Assembly: GCA_951406725.2 (NCBI GenBank)
Contig: OX597829.1
Coordinates: 44,578,001-44,642,000, forward strand
Reading direction: 5' to 3'
DNA length: 64,000 bases
DNA from: Octopus vulgaris
Lineage: Eukaryota
Shown: piece by piece, positions 40,140 through 54,059 of the stretch
Layout: the number at the start of each line of letters is the position of its first letter
How positions within the stretch are numbered: position 1 is the stretch's first letter
Notes under the pieces: model-generated
Databases searched by the model: none
Told to the model about the DNA's origin: nothing
The model's input: only the letters and a program-made list of their open reading frames with translations
Made by a program: the position numbers and the translations under genes

Positions 40140-40539
40140 AACAACAAACAAGGTGAGGACAAATATCCGTCGAATGTAAATAATGTAAATAATGTAAATA
40201 ATAACTCATCTCTTAAATATAGAACTGTAACAGCTCTCTCTCTCTCTCTCTCTCTCTCGCTCTCTCTCAGACACACGCACACACGCACACACGCATGCAT
40301 GCATGTATGTGTACACACCAATACATGTTGACAAGATATAACACTCACACACGCTCACAATGGATGTATATTATATTTACATGCAGAGACAAACATATAT
40401 GTTCACATACGTATATACACACCCGTGCATATAGTTATATAACTATATTCATATATATTCATATTCATACAAGCGTACATATCTACTTACGCATACACAT
40501 TCAAATATGCGTGTGCGGGAATTGATAGTACGGAGGGTC

Positions 40540-41146
40540 GTGTGTGTGTGTGTGTGAGCGTGTGTGTTTGTTGTGTGTGTGTTGTGTGTGTGTGTGCTAT
40601 CTGTGTATTGTGTGTGGTGTGTGTGTTGCGTGTGTGTTGTGCGTTGTGCGTTGTGTATGTTGTGTGTGTTGTATGTGTGTTGTGTGCGTGCGTGTGTGTG
40701 TTGTGTGTATTATGTGTGTGTTGTGTGTGTATTTTGTGTGTTGTGTGTGTGTTTTGTGTGTTGTGTGTGTGTGTGTGTGTGTTGTGTGTTGTATGTGTGT
40801 GTTGTGTATGGTGTGTATGTGTTGTGTGTATGTGTTATGTGTGGTGTTTGTGTTGTGTGTGTATGTGTAATGTATGTGTTTTGTGTATGTTGTGTGTGTT
40901 GTGTGTGTGTTGTATGTATTGTGTGTGATATGTGTGTGATGTGTGTGTGCTGTGTGAAGTGTGTATGCAGTGTACGTGTTGTGTGTGTATTGTATGTGTG
41001 TGTTGTGTGTATTGAATGTGTGTGCGTTGTGCGTGTTGTGTGATATGTGTGTGATGTGTGTGTGTGTTGCGTGTGTTGTGTGTGTGTTGTGTGTGGTGTT
41101 TGTGTGATGTGTGTGTGTGTGTGTGAATGTGTGTGTATGTGTGTAT
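40540..41146. repeat. Cryptic (TG)n/(TTGTG)n repeat
   Basis: Read directly from the sequence. Confidence 0.9.
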
Positions 41147-41372
41147 ACGCAGGTGCAAACCGAAACGTGAACGAACATAAATACCAAACATGCATCGTCA
41201 TCGTTCTACTCATACGTATAGTTATAGGTTAGTATAAATCAGATACAACCACACATACAACTTTGAGTGTACGCATATACGATTATACACCCTCATCTAT
41301 ACGCGTAACTGTACATGTACATCCATGTACATAGATATTCATAGACGTGTATACACAGGTAAACATCGATAT

Positions 41373-41728
41373 TTTACCTTTTACTTGTTTCAGTCACTCG
41401 ATGGCGGCCTTGCTGGAGCAATGCCTTGAAGGCAATATTATTTTTTTTTTTAAGTCTAGGACTTTAAAATTGCTGAACCGCTAAATTAAAGGGACGTAAA
41501 CGAACTAACGCTGGTGATGGGGGACAAACATAGACATAAGACACACACAGACACAGACGCACACACACAGACACACACACATATACGATGGGTTTCTTCC
41601 CGTTTCCTTCTACCAAATCCACTGACGAGTCTTTGGTCGGTCTGAGGCTATAGCAGAAAACAGGTGCCCCAATATGCCAGACGGTGGGACTGAACCCGGA
41701 ACCAAGTGGTTAGTAAACAAGCTACTTA
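41373..41728 (-). mobile_element. Family B SINE, diverged
   Basis: TTTTACTTGTTTCAGTCA...GTGGGACTGAACCCGGAACC. Confidence 0.85.
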
Positions 41729-41964
41729 TTATATATGTATATTCATATACATATACAAACAAATATATATATATATATAATATATATATATATATGTGTG
41801 TTTTTATATAATATATATACATATATATATATATATACATATATATATTATATATATACATATATATATATTTATATATATATATATATATATGTATGTA
41901 TATATATATATATATATATATATAGCGAGAGAGAGGCGGGTAGATAGACATATAGATATCTCTT

Positions 41965-42025
<61 letters not shown>

Positions 42026-42038
42026 ATACATACATATA

Positions 42039-42085
<47 letters not shown>

Positions 42086-42165
42086 TATAAATATATAACT
42101 AGCTAGATAGATAGACAGAAGATACATACCTATCTATCTTACTTCCCCCTCTCTCTCTCTCTCTC

Positions 42166-42225
<60 letters not shown>

Positions 42226-42774
42226 TACTTGAAAATGGATGCGTGGTGTTATATAAAGTGTTTGACTCAGCTTGATAGCATATAATAACAGTTTGAGTCA
42301 ACTTCATATGACATAATAAAAATTTCACTCGGTTCCGAATGACTTACACAGTTTCGTGGACGCGTACGACGAACTAATGTAGCTGTGTGGATCGTCTTAA
42401 TGCGTAACAGCAGCAGCAGCAACAACAGCAACAACAACAGCAGCAGGAGCACCGTCCCAGATATGGGAGCAGTCATCCATTGTGGGGTTTCTCTTGAGCC
42501 TGAGACATAACTGAAGGTTTTACTGAAACCTAAATTCGAAACTACTCTTGAAATATCGAGGAAATGTTTCCTGACAAGACAGCTATGAATATAAATTCCA
42601 TGAAGCGGATTATCACGACTGGCTTAATTCTTCCCTCGACTTATCAATGGATTAAAAACACAGCTGCCGGAGAATGCTTTACAGACTTCTTTTTTTTTTT
42701 TTTCTCCTTTATTTTACAACTGTTCGGCATTTGATGTGGTGTATCGTTAGTAGAGCGGTATAATAAGTAGAACG

Positions 42775-42790
42775 GATGATGACGAAGATA

Positions 42791-42824
<34 letters not shown>

Positions 42825-43170
42825 GTAGGAGGAAGAGGAGGAGGATGTAGTGGTGGAGGAGGATGATAGCGACTACGATGATGATGACGATGAAGATGAC
42901 GATAATGATGATGATCTCCTTCGTGTTTATTATAATTGTTATCATCATCGTCATTATCATCATTAGTAACTACCGTCAACCGTTATCGTGATAATGTTGA
43001 TGACTATGATGGGGAGGGGGTGGAGGCGGAGGAAAAATGGTTAAACGTGATGATGATGATGATGACGATGATGGTGGTGGTGGTGGTGGTGGTGGTGGTG
43101 GTGGTGGTGGTGGTGATGATGATGTTGATGATGGTGATGATGATGATGATGATGATGGTGGTGGTCGTGG

Positions 43171-43211
<41 letters not shown>

Positions 43212-43417
43212 GTGATGATGATGTTGATGATGGTGATGATGATGATGATGATGGTGACGATAATGATGATGATGATTGTGGTGGTGGTGGTGGTGTTGAT
43301 GATGGTGATGATGATGTTGATGATGGTGATGATGATGATGACGATGATGGTGACGATGATGATGATGATGGTGGTGGTGGTGGTGGTGGTGATGATGATG
43401 AAGATGATGATGATGTC

Positions 43418-43465
<48 letters not shown>

Positions 43466-43846
43466 GGTGGTGATGATGATGGTGGTGGTGGTGATGATGA
43501 TAATGTTGATGATGATGATGGTGCTGCTGCTGCTGCTGGTGCTGCTGATGATGATGATGGCGATAATGATAACGATAACGACAGTGTAGGGACATAACTT
43601 GCGGTGGTGGTGGTGTTGGTGTTAATAATGCTGAAGGTATTGTTTGTTGGAGGCTGCAGTAATGATGGCGATGACGAAGATGCGGATGTGGGGTAGGGTG
43701 ATGAGGGAGGGAGAGGGAGATTTAATGGCGCCATTTCTTATGTTTTGAGTTTCAAATCATATCGAAGAGATCTTTATCTATTGTCATTCCGGTAAAACAA
43801 AGTTATGTTAAACATAATAATGATGATGATAATAATAATAATAATA

Positions 43847-43907
<61 letters not shown>

Positions 43908-43942
43908 TAATAATAATAATAATGATGATGATAATAATAATC

Positions 43943-44000
<58 letters not shown>
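42775..44000. repeat. (GAT)n/(GGT)n/(AAT)n microsatellite field
   Basis: Read directly from the sequence. Confidence 0.9.
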
Positions 44001-44002
<2 letters not shown>

Positions 44003-44422
44003 GCGAAAACTAATTTCTGTGTGTCAGTGTGTCACACTTGGACCTCCCTCTCGCTATTCAATGACACTCCTACTACTCCTCATGATGGGGTGAGTGTAAT
44101 AGTAGGTATAGAGACGGTGAGGGCGGTGGCAAAGACCGACAGAGTGAGAAAGAGCGAAAGAAAAAGAGAGGGAGAGAAAGAAAGAGAGGCAAAGAAATTT
44201 AGTGAGAGTTGATGATGTTTTACTATAAGTAGTAGTGTTGATGGTGGCAGTGGGAGTAATAATAAGGAAGAGAGAAAGAGTTGGTGTGTGAGAGAAACCA
44301 GGGAGATGATGTACAACCTTGTTTAACCATGTCACTTTGAGAGAAATTCCTGTCGCCGACATTTTGAACACTATCATTTTTGTTTTATTTTTTTGTTTTC
44401 TTTAATAACACACACACATACA

Positions 44423-44468
<46 letters not shown>

Positions 44469-44569
44469 AAATACTCATTAATTGAAATAACGTTTCCTCC
44501 AAATTAAACATATCTAATATAATAAATGTGAATGTGAGTGTGTCACACAGTTTCAACTTTAATAAATCA

Positions 44570-44941
44570 TTTCTACTGGAAACACAAGGCCACAAACATT
44601 TTGGGGAAGGGATTAAGTCAATTACATCGACCCCACGAAAGGATGGATGACAAAGTCGACCTCGGTGGAATTCGAACTCCAAACCTAACGGCAGACGCAA
44701 TACCTATTTCTTTACTACCCACAAGGGGCTAAACACAGAGAGGACAAACAAGGACAGACAAACGGATGAAGTGGATTATATCGACCCCAGTGCGTAACTG
44801 GTACTTATTTACTCAACCCCGAAAGGATGAAAGGCAAAGTCGACGTCGGCGGAATTTGAACTCAGAACGTAACGGCAGACGAAATACAGCATTTCGCCCG
44901 CATTTCGCCCGCCGTGCTAACGATTCTGCCAGTTCGCCGCC
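44570..44941 (-). mobile_element. Family A SINE 1.5-mer: full unit plus headless unit with the older tail
   Basis: Junction at 44704/44705; flanked by an imperfect 43-51-bp duplication (44515-44557 and 44953-45003). Confidence 0.88.
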
Positions 44942-44952
44942 TTAATATAATA

Positions 44953-45475
44953 TAATATAATAAATGTGAATGTCAGTGTGTCAGTGTGTCGCACGTTTTC
45001 AACCTAGAGGCCGTAGCCCAACATATCTTACCATTTTGGAATCAGGCTGACTTCATGAGTAAATTAAAATATTTCGGGCTGAATCCGGACCCACAATCCT
45101 GAAATTTTGGATTCTCAAGTTTCATTACATGTGATTGTTTATGGTGATTTTTTTTTTTTGTGTGTGACTTTGTGCGACGATTTTTTTTTTTTTTACAATA
45201 GCAATTTTTATAATCTAAAGGCCAACTCTATGAGTAAATTAAAAACATTCCGGGCCGAATCCGGACCTGCAATCCTGAAATTTTGGATCCCTATGTTTTC
45301 ATTATTGCGATTGTTTTCGGCGATTTTTATACATGATTTTTAGCGGCAAAAATATGATCATCATTAGGACATAACTCTGGAGGAAGCAATTACAACAAAT
45401 TCTCCAAAACAAATCAGAGATCTTTTTTGCAGATCTTCCCATTCGGGATTAGTTGCTTAAAAGTTAGTAATACCC
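44953..45475 (+). mobile_element. Possible Helitron-derived non-autonomous element with two internal repeats about 175 bp apart
   Basis: ATGAGTAAATTAAAA...GAATCCGGACC..CAATCCTGAAATTTTGGAT at about 45055 and 45230. The start TAATATAATAAATGTGAATG plus a GT/C microsatellite resembles Helitron-type 5' ends. Confidence 0.35.
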
Positions 45476-45479
45476 TTTG

Positions 45480-45720
45480 ACTCTTTTACTCTTTTACTTG
45501 TTTCAGTCATTTGACTGCGGCCATGCTGGAGCGCCGCTTTTAATCGAGCAAATCGACCACAGGACTTATTCTTTATAAGCCTAGTACTTATTCTATCGGT
45601 CTCTTTTGCTGAACCGCTAAGTTACAGGGACGTAAACACACCACCATCGGTTGTCAAGCGATGGTGTGTGTGTGGGGGCAAACACAGACACACAAACATA
45701 TACACACACATGCATATATA
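45480..45720 (-). mobile_element. Family B SINE 3' half
   Basis: Tail CTCTTTTACTCTTTTACTTGTTTCAGTCATTTGACTGCGGCC. Confidence 0.88.
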
Positions 45721-45732
45721 TATATATATATT

Positions 45733-45826
45733 ATCGGCACCGAAAGGATGAAAGCCAAAGTCAACCACGGCGGAATTTGAACTCGAAACGTAAAGACGGA
45801 CGAAATGCTTGTTAACGATTCTGCAA
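45733..45826 (-). mobile_element. Family A SINE fragment
   Basis: CGAAAGGATGAAAGCCAAAGTCAACC.CGGCGGAATTTGAACTC. Confidence 0.8.
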
Positions 45827-45859
45827 ATCTCCATCAAGAATTTCCCTTTTTCCTTTTTT

Positions 45860-46054
45860 TTGAAGCCTGATACTTATTCCATCGGTCTCTTTCACCAAAC
45901 TGCTGAGTTACAGGGGCGTGCACGCACCAACATTGTTCGTTAAACAGTAGTAAGGGGGAAGACACAAATACACATGCGCGAGCGCAAACACACACACACA
46001 CACACACATTGCATACATATACATACACACACACACAGATGTATATACACACAT

Positions 46055-46122
<68 letters not shown>

Positions 46123-46284
46123 GAGAGGTTTCTTTCAGTTTCTGCCAACCAAATCCACTCACAAGGCTTTGGTCGACAATAAGCTACAGTAGAAGACACT
46201 TGACCGAGGTGTCACGCGATGGAACTGAACCAGGAACTATGAGAGTGGGAAACATACGTCTTACCTCACAGCCCCACCTGCGCC
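45860..46284 (-). mobile_element. Family B SINE, diverged
   Basis: CCAAATCCACTCACAAGGCTTTGGTCG...CAGCCCCACCTGCGCC. Confidence 0.85.
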
Positions 46285-46639
46285 CATTTGTCGTTTTTTT
46301 TTTTTGTTTTTGTCTTTTTTTTTCTTTGTTATTAATGATTTTTAATAGCAGATTTCATTGCTCTGACAAATATATGCTTCACTGAACCTATCACCCACCT
46401 CTTTGCTTCAAATAATCACTGTATCAAATGATAAACACCATGCGACTTTGCGAACAATGGTAATTATTCTAAGAGATTTCTGTGACAACACGATGGCTCT
46501 TGTCATCTTGAGATAGGAAAAATTACAGTGTAAAAGCGCTGCCCATTATAAAGATTTCTATAGGAGACTAAGAGTAGCCTATGCATACAAGTTTTCCTTT
46601 TCCTCACCGATGATGTCCTAAGGAAAGGTAAAACGTAAG

Positions 46640-47060
46640 GGCGGCGAGCTGGCAGAATCGTTAGCACGCCGGGCGAAATGCGTAGCCGTATTTCGTCTGC
46701 CGTTACATTCTGAGTTCAAATTCCGCCGAGGTTGACTTTGCCTTTCATCCTTTCGGGGTCGATAAATTAAGTACCAGTTACGCACTGGGGGGTCGATGTA
46801 ATCGACTTAATCCGTTTGTCTGTCCTTGTTTGTCCCCTCTGTGTTTAGCCCCTTGTGGGTAGTAAAGAAATAGGTATTTCGTCTGCCGTTACGTTCTGAG
46901 TTCAAATTCCGCCGAGGTTGACTTTGCCTTTCATCCTTTCGGGGTCGATAAATTAAGTACCAGTTACGCACTGGGGGGTCGATGTAATCGACTTAATCCG
47001 TTTGTCTGTCCTTGTTTGTCCCCCCTCTATGTTTAGCCCCTTGTGGGTAGTAAAGAAATA
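46640..47060 (+). mobile_element. Family A SINE dimer with 16-bp TSD
   Basis: Full unit 46640-46872, headless unit from 46873; TAAGGAAAGGTAAAAC at 46619-46634 and 47059-47074. Confidence 0.93.
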
Positions 47061-47341
47061 AGGAAAGGTAAAACTGGTAGAACTTGACACCAGTGTGGAG
47101 AAAATACATTAAAGTTATCTCATCCGGCGCTAATAATTCTGCCTATCTACGGCTTTGAAGCGATACGTTATACATCGATCTTAAGGCAAATGGGAACTTT
47201 CAAAGGATATAAGGCAAATGGAAAATTTGAAACAGGAGCGCAATGATTCGGAACAAACAACGCAATGCATTCTATTCTTTGCTCTAATAACCCATCCAGT
47301 TCTCCGCCTTACACTTTTATCAGCAAATATATATTATAGAT

Positions 47342-47420
47342 CAGTGGTTCCCAAACTATGAGTCGCGACCCATCTGTGGGTCGCGAACGGAATCTTAGTG
47401 GGTCGCAAAAAGTTATAAAA
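47342..47420 (+). mobile_element. hAT (Charlie-like) transposon left end
   Basis: TIR-like CAGTGGTTCCCAAACT followed by GTCGCGACCC...GGGTCGCG subterminal repeats. Right end and TSD not found. Confidence 0.65.
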
Positions 47421-47699
47421 TTACGCATTAGCTTTGATTAACTGCTGTCTATCGAGATAGTTCAAGACTTATGTTTTCAATACCAGACTTGTTTTATATC
47501 AAGCAGTAGGCTTTTTCACGAACTTAACAAATCAGAGGTTGTCATTTTCTCAAGTTATATTTATTCGTACGTAATCGTAAAAAAGGAAAGGTTTGTTTTT
47601 TACCTATTTATAGAGAACTTTAACTAGGCGAAGTATAACACTGATCGAGCCGATAACAGTTACTACTTCAAGGTTTTGTATTAATGTTAGTATTCTATA

Positions 47700-48085
47700 G
47701 TGGAGGCGCAATGGCCCAGTGGTTAGGGCAGCGGACTCGCGGTCGTAGGATCGCGGTTTCGATTCCCAGACCGGGCGTTGTGAGTGTTTATTGAGCGAAA
47801 ACACCTAAAGCTCCACGAGGCTCCGGGAGGGGATGGTGGTGATCCCTGCTGTACTCTTTCACCACAACTTTCTCTCACTCTTACTTCCTGTTTCTGTTGT
47901 ACCTGTATTTCAAAGGGCCGGCCTTGTCACTCTCTGTCTCACGCTGAATATCCCCGAAAACTACGTTAAGGGTACACGTGTCTGTGGAGTGCTCAGCCAC
48001 TTACACGTTAATTTCACGAGCAGGCCGTTCCGTTGATCGGATCAACCGGAACCCTCGTCGTCGTAACCGACGGAGTGCTTCCAAC
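47700..48085 (+). mobile_element. Family C SINE, full length, with 12-bp TSD
   Basis: TAGTATTCTATA at 47688-47699 and 48086-48097. Confidence 0.94.
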
Positions 48086-48783
48086 TAGTATTCTATAATA
48101 TAGATGCTTTTTCTTGAGCCCTGGGACTCACAAGGCAAGCAAACATCACTGACTAAGTTGCGGCATTCGATCACCCGCTCGGGATAGATATAAGAGCATG
48201 AGCGCCAAGCACTGATTAAGTTTAAACAAAATTTACGTTAGTTAAAATCTGTTTGTGTCATATTTAAAGTTCTAAAGGCAAATTCACTGCCGTTACTGTG
48301 GTGAAAATATTCTCGCTTATTGTAAAAGACTGTTATTTAGAGAAATTTACGGCTTCGAATATGCCCAGAGTTATCTCGCTTAAGTATTTTCCACCGAGGA
48401 GGGCTAAAGAGACTGAAACGGCTCATCTGGGAAGCACTCGGCAGATTTGTTGTCTTTACATCTTTTGCCATAAGAGGGAATTTTCTCTTTTTCGGCAACT
48501 GCAGTGAATTTGCCTTTAGAAGTGAAAATATATTTTAGATAAGCCAAAGTTCGCTAATGTCTAAACAATGCTTGGGACTGATGCCGTTACCCATACATAC
48601 ATACATACATACATACATACATACATACATACATACATACATACATACATACATACACACATACATACATACATATATACATACATATATATATATATGC
48701 ATGTGTGTGAGAATGTGTGTGTGTGTGTGTGTTAATATATAGGTATGTTAGTGCAAGTATGAAAAATAGAACTCAAAATACGA

Positions 48784-48819
<36 letters not shown>

Positions 48820-48820
48820 T

Positions 48821-48930
48821 TAATATCTAGCAGAAGTAACACAGTGATTCAAGATCCGAGAGTTTCGTGGGTTGGCCAACGAACGAAACTCTTGTACCTT
48901 GAGTTATTCTATTGCTTCTGCTAAACATTA
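48821..48930. repeat. 110-bp gap-free imperfect palindrome
   Basis: Arms 48821-48875 and 48876-48930 pair at 42 of 55 Watson-Crick positions plus 5 G-T; centre TTGG|CCAA. Confidence 0.85.
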
Positions 48931-48934
48931 GTAA

Positions 48935-49032
<98 letters not shown>

Positions 49033-49129
49033 CGGGAAGCTTTATGAAAATAGACAAAAGACGAAGGCAGGTGGGAAACAAACAAACAATTGTATTAGTA
49101 TGGCGCTCAGGAAATATAAATAAAACAAG

Positions 49130-49167
49130 TCTTTAACGTTTCGAGCCTACGCTCTTCAACAGAAAGA
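49130..49167 (-). ncRNA. Minimal type I hammerhead ribozyme, A6U core variant
   Basis: Minus strand TCTTT-CTGTTGA-A-GAGC-GTAG-GCTC-GAAA-CG-TT-AAAGA. Confidence 0.65.
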
Positions 49168-49334
49168 TACACAGAGAGAAAAAAAACACAGAAAGAAGGA
49201 GAGAAAAAAATGCGTGCAGTAACTAACGAACCAACATGGCGATCTGATTTCGGCCAGAAGTCAAAGATCAAACATGAGACGCGAGAGCGAAATTAGGGGA
49301 GATAATAGGGTTGAGTGACCAGCTCCAACATAAG

Positions 49335-49712
49335 GGTGTGTGTGTGTGTGTGTGTGTATGAGAGAGTATTAGTGCGTATGAAGGTCTGGACGTGTGTATG
49401 TATAGGGTTGGTGTATGTATTAGTATGTATTAGTATGTATAAGGATGTGTGTGTGTGTGTGTATGAGAGAGTATTAGTGCGTATGAGAGGTCTGGACGTG
49501 TGTATGTATAGGGTTGGTGTATATATTAGTATGTATTAGTATGTATTAGTACGTATTAGTATGTATAAGTGTGTGTGTGTGTGTGTGTATGAGAGAGTAT
49601 TAGTGCGTATGAGAGGTCTGGACGTGTGTATGTATAGGGTTGGTGTATGTATTAGTATGTATTAGTATGTATTAGTATGTATTAGTATGTATTAGTTGGT
49701 GTATGTATTAGT
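49335..49712. repeat. Three tandem units of about 115-125 bp (GT run, GAGAGAGTATTAGTGCG, GGTCTGGACGTG, (TATTAGTATG)n)
   Basis: Read directly from the sequence. Confidence 0.85.
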
Positions 49713-50413
49713 ATGGCACATCATATATGATGTGATGTGTAAAGTCGTGTGGTGTAGTGTGGAGAGAGGAGAAGAGGGGGAGGGGGAGAAGAGGGGAGGA
49801 GGAAGGAGGAAAGAGGGAGAGGGGGAGAGAGAAGGGGAGTGAGGGAGCAGAGGGAAGGAGGGAGGGAGAAAGAGGGAAGAAGGGAAGAGGAGTAGGGGTG
49901 AAAGGATGCAGGACTGAAGAAGTAGGGGTCGGGGGGGAAGGTAGGTGAGGAGGGGGGAGAGGGGGGTTAGATGAGGAGGGGGGAGAGTTGAGACCAAATG
50001 GCGTATAAGAGCGAAGAGAGAAGATTAATTCCTGTTCACGGCGCAAACAGGAATCCGGATGGCCTCTGAGAGAGAGAGAAAGTTAGCGGTTGTAGTAACC
50101 GGCTAAGGGATAAAATATCCGTATATACTCTCAGTATCCGTTACCTGTGTTATCCCCGGGCAATGCGAGAATAAATGCGAGAATAAAATTCTTCATCTTC
50201 ATAGGGCATTCGAATTAAGGCAACGGATCTTCATCAGAGTGAAAAACAAGAGCATATATATAAACAAAAGGAAGGAGGAAGAGGTAGGAAAACACCTCTT
50301 CCGCCTTCCTTTTTACACAAATAGTCTAATAGCCCAATATATTAAGTGTATATAATAATTTACCATCCGAGCTCAAAGAACGTAGATGACTCTCTCATTT
50401 TCTAATTATTTGC

Positions 50414-50482
<69 letters not shown>

Positions 50483-50599
50483 GGTCCCGGGTTGATTCGG
50501 GGTTAACCACAGTAAATAAGGTACTCAATACATAGCAGAGTAAAATTAATTTATTCTTGAATGAAACAGTTCTAGTCCTGTAGAAGCTCCTTCTATATA

Positions 50600-50674
<75 letters not shown>

Positions 50675-50675
50675 T

Positions 50676-51928
<1,253 letters not shown>

Positions 51929-51941
51929 CATATACATACAT

Positions 51942-51972
<31 letters not shown>

Positions 51973-52214
51973 TATTTATATACACATATACATATACATA
52001 CATATATATATATATGTGTATGTGTGTGTGTCTTTGTTCAAGTGTTACGCTTCCGTAAACCTTAACTATGAAATGACATCAATGCCATAATCGAAATATT
52101 TTACATAGTGAAATAATATCATGAAAAATTATAAATTTATTCTTCAAAATAGAGATAAGAATACTTATAAAATGGGATTTTTTAATGGATTGTTCAATTT
52201 GTCTATAAGCTGAT

Positions 52215-52670
52215 AACCAATCGTTCCAGCTGGTCCGATCAACGGAACAGCCTGCTCGTGAAATTAACGTGCAAATGACTGTGGAGCAGTCCACAGACAC
52301 GTTAACCCTTAAAGTAGCTCTCAGAGAGATTCAGGATGACACAGAATGTGACAAGCCCAGCCCTTTGAGTTAATTACAGGTATTATTTAAAAGGCGGCGA
52401 GCTGGCAGAAACGTTAGCACGCCGGGCGAAATGCTTAGCGGTATTTCGTCTGCCGTTACGTTGTGAGTTCAAATTCCGCCGAGCTCGACTTTGCCTTTCA
52501 TCCTTTCGGGGTCGATAAATTAAGTACCAGTTACGCACTGGGGTCGATGTAATCGATTTAATACCTATGTCTGTCCTTGTTTGTCCCCTCTGTGTTTAGC
52601 CCCTTGTGGGTAATAAAGAAATAGGTATTATTTATTTCTACCAGCTGAGTGGACTGGAGCAACGTGAAGG
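52215..52670 (-). mobile_element. Older SINE sharing the family C 3' domain, split by a family A insertion
   Basis: CCGATCAACGGAACAGCCTGCTCGTGAAATTAACGTG is the reverse complement of the family C 3' domain; it resumes after 52634 with CAGCTGAGTGGACTGGAGCAACGTGAA. Confidence 0.7.
52393..52622 (+). mobile_element. Family A SINE, full length, with 12-bp TSD
   Basis: AGGTATTATTTA at 52378-52389 and 52623-52634. Confidence 0.93.
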
Positions 52671-53243
52671 GTACAACGGATACAAGGCGCTGCAGGGAAT
52701 TAAAACAAGCAAGAAGAGCTTCTATGCAGTATGTTATTACATCAATTAATAAGGATTTCCAATTTTGGGAGAAGGTCAGCGATTTTGAGGGACGGGTAGG
52801 GCATGTGTCGTTATCATCTGTTTCTTCAAGCTCTAAATAAAATAAGTAAATAAATTGACTTTCGATGATGAGTATTTAGATATTAGTTTAATTGATTTGT
52901 TCGATATAAGAGGCTGAGTATTCCAGAGATATGTTGCACCCTTAATGGTCATCATTGGACAATCTCAGCATGACAGAGAGAGAGAGAGAGTGACAAGGCT
53001 GAATCTTTAAATTATGGGTACCATCCACGCGACAAGTTTTCCTACAGTTGTCATCTGCTCCAATTCGTTCACAAAGTAAAAATACCCTACCCCTAGGCTA
53101 TGTTGAAAGATATTTGCAAAAAATTATGTGAAGTGAGATGGAACTCAGGACCACGTTATTGCAGGCGATTTTCTCAACTATGCCCTGCCCACATAGGAAA
53201 GATCCCGTTGGATAATGTAGTTACTGAGTTCCAGGCACATGAA

Positions 53244-53384
<141 letters not shown>

Positions 53385-53462
53385 AAGAAGCCTTTCTACT
53401 ATAGGCAGAAGGCCTGAAATAATAATAATAACAATAATAATAATGATAATAATAATAATAAT

Positions 53463-54020
53463 AAATGCCCTGATGCAGTACCAGGCAGTGGCTCTCATGG
53501 CTTCTGATCTTAACTGATTGGAAGTGTTATCATGTACATTGTTTTGTCTTGGTATAAAAGATGGGCTACAGCAAATATTCTGCTCAATACCACAGATTTG
53601 CTTGTCAGTTGTTTGACCTTAACCAGTTGACCATGTCCCTTAGTGGCTGACACTATGTGCATCTCTGATCACGAGCAGAAGTAGTGGGGGAGCATCATAG
53701 CCATGTGTTGAGAAGGATTCTTTGGGGTTTGAATAATTCACCTCTGGAAACATGGGTGTTTCGTTCAACGTCCTAAAACAACCCTTATTCAGGGACCTTT
53801 TGAGCGGGATGGGTTACTCGATCTGAAGAAAATTCTAACTGGGCTCCACCTGCAAGGTCATGTGCTGTTTATCTTGATATGAGATCACCATGTCGCGCAC
53901 ATATGGTTGTGATGCATGTGCCTGGTGTACCCTTATCAGACGGGTAGTCATGATGGGTATACTGGGCTTCGTATATTTTACCCCAGTGTCACTTTGATGG
54001 CATGCTCTGCTCGCTCACTC
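53463..54020 (+). mobile_element. Family D element, full length, in (AAT)n
   Basis: Near identical to 11663-12201. Confidence 0.88.
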
Positions 54021-54051
<31 letters not shown>

Positions 54052-54059
54052 CATGGCCA

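Larger units (their letters stand above)
49030..50070 (-). mobile_element. 3' part of a Penelope-like retroelement: GIY-YIG C-terminus, repeat-expanded 3' region, family E terminal repeat
   Basis: 50070-49981 translates LRGHPDSCLRREQELIFSLRSYTPFGLNSP, matching the RE..(W/L)I..L.T..P.GLN Penelope C-terminal motif. Downstream on the same strand is the family E repeat with a hammerhead. Confidence 0.82.

Noticed and set aside
32139-44212. Many poly-amino-acid and YI/HT/MYVC ORFs
   Set aside because: Translations of microsatellites.
46607-46635. CCGATGA hammerhead-like start
   Set aside because: No matching helices; the following bases are a SINE TSD.
47700-47775. tRNA gene (Arg-like head)
   Set aside because: It is the head of SINE family C and continues into a body bounded by a TSD. 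The same applies to the A and B heads.
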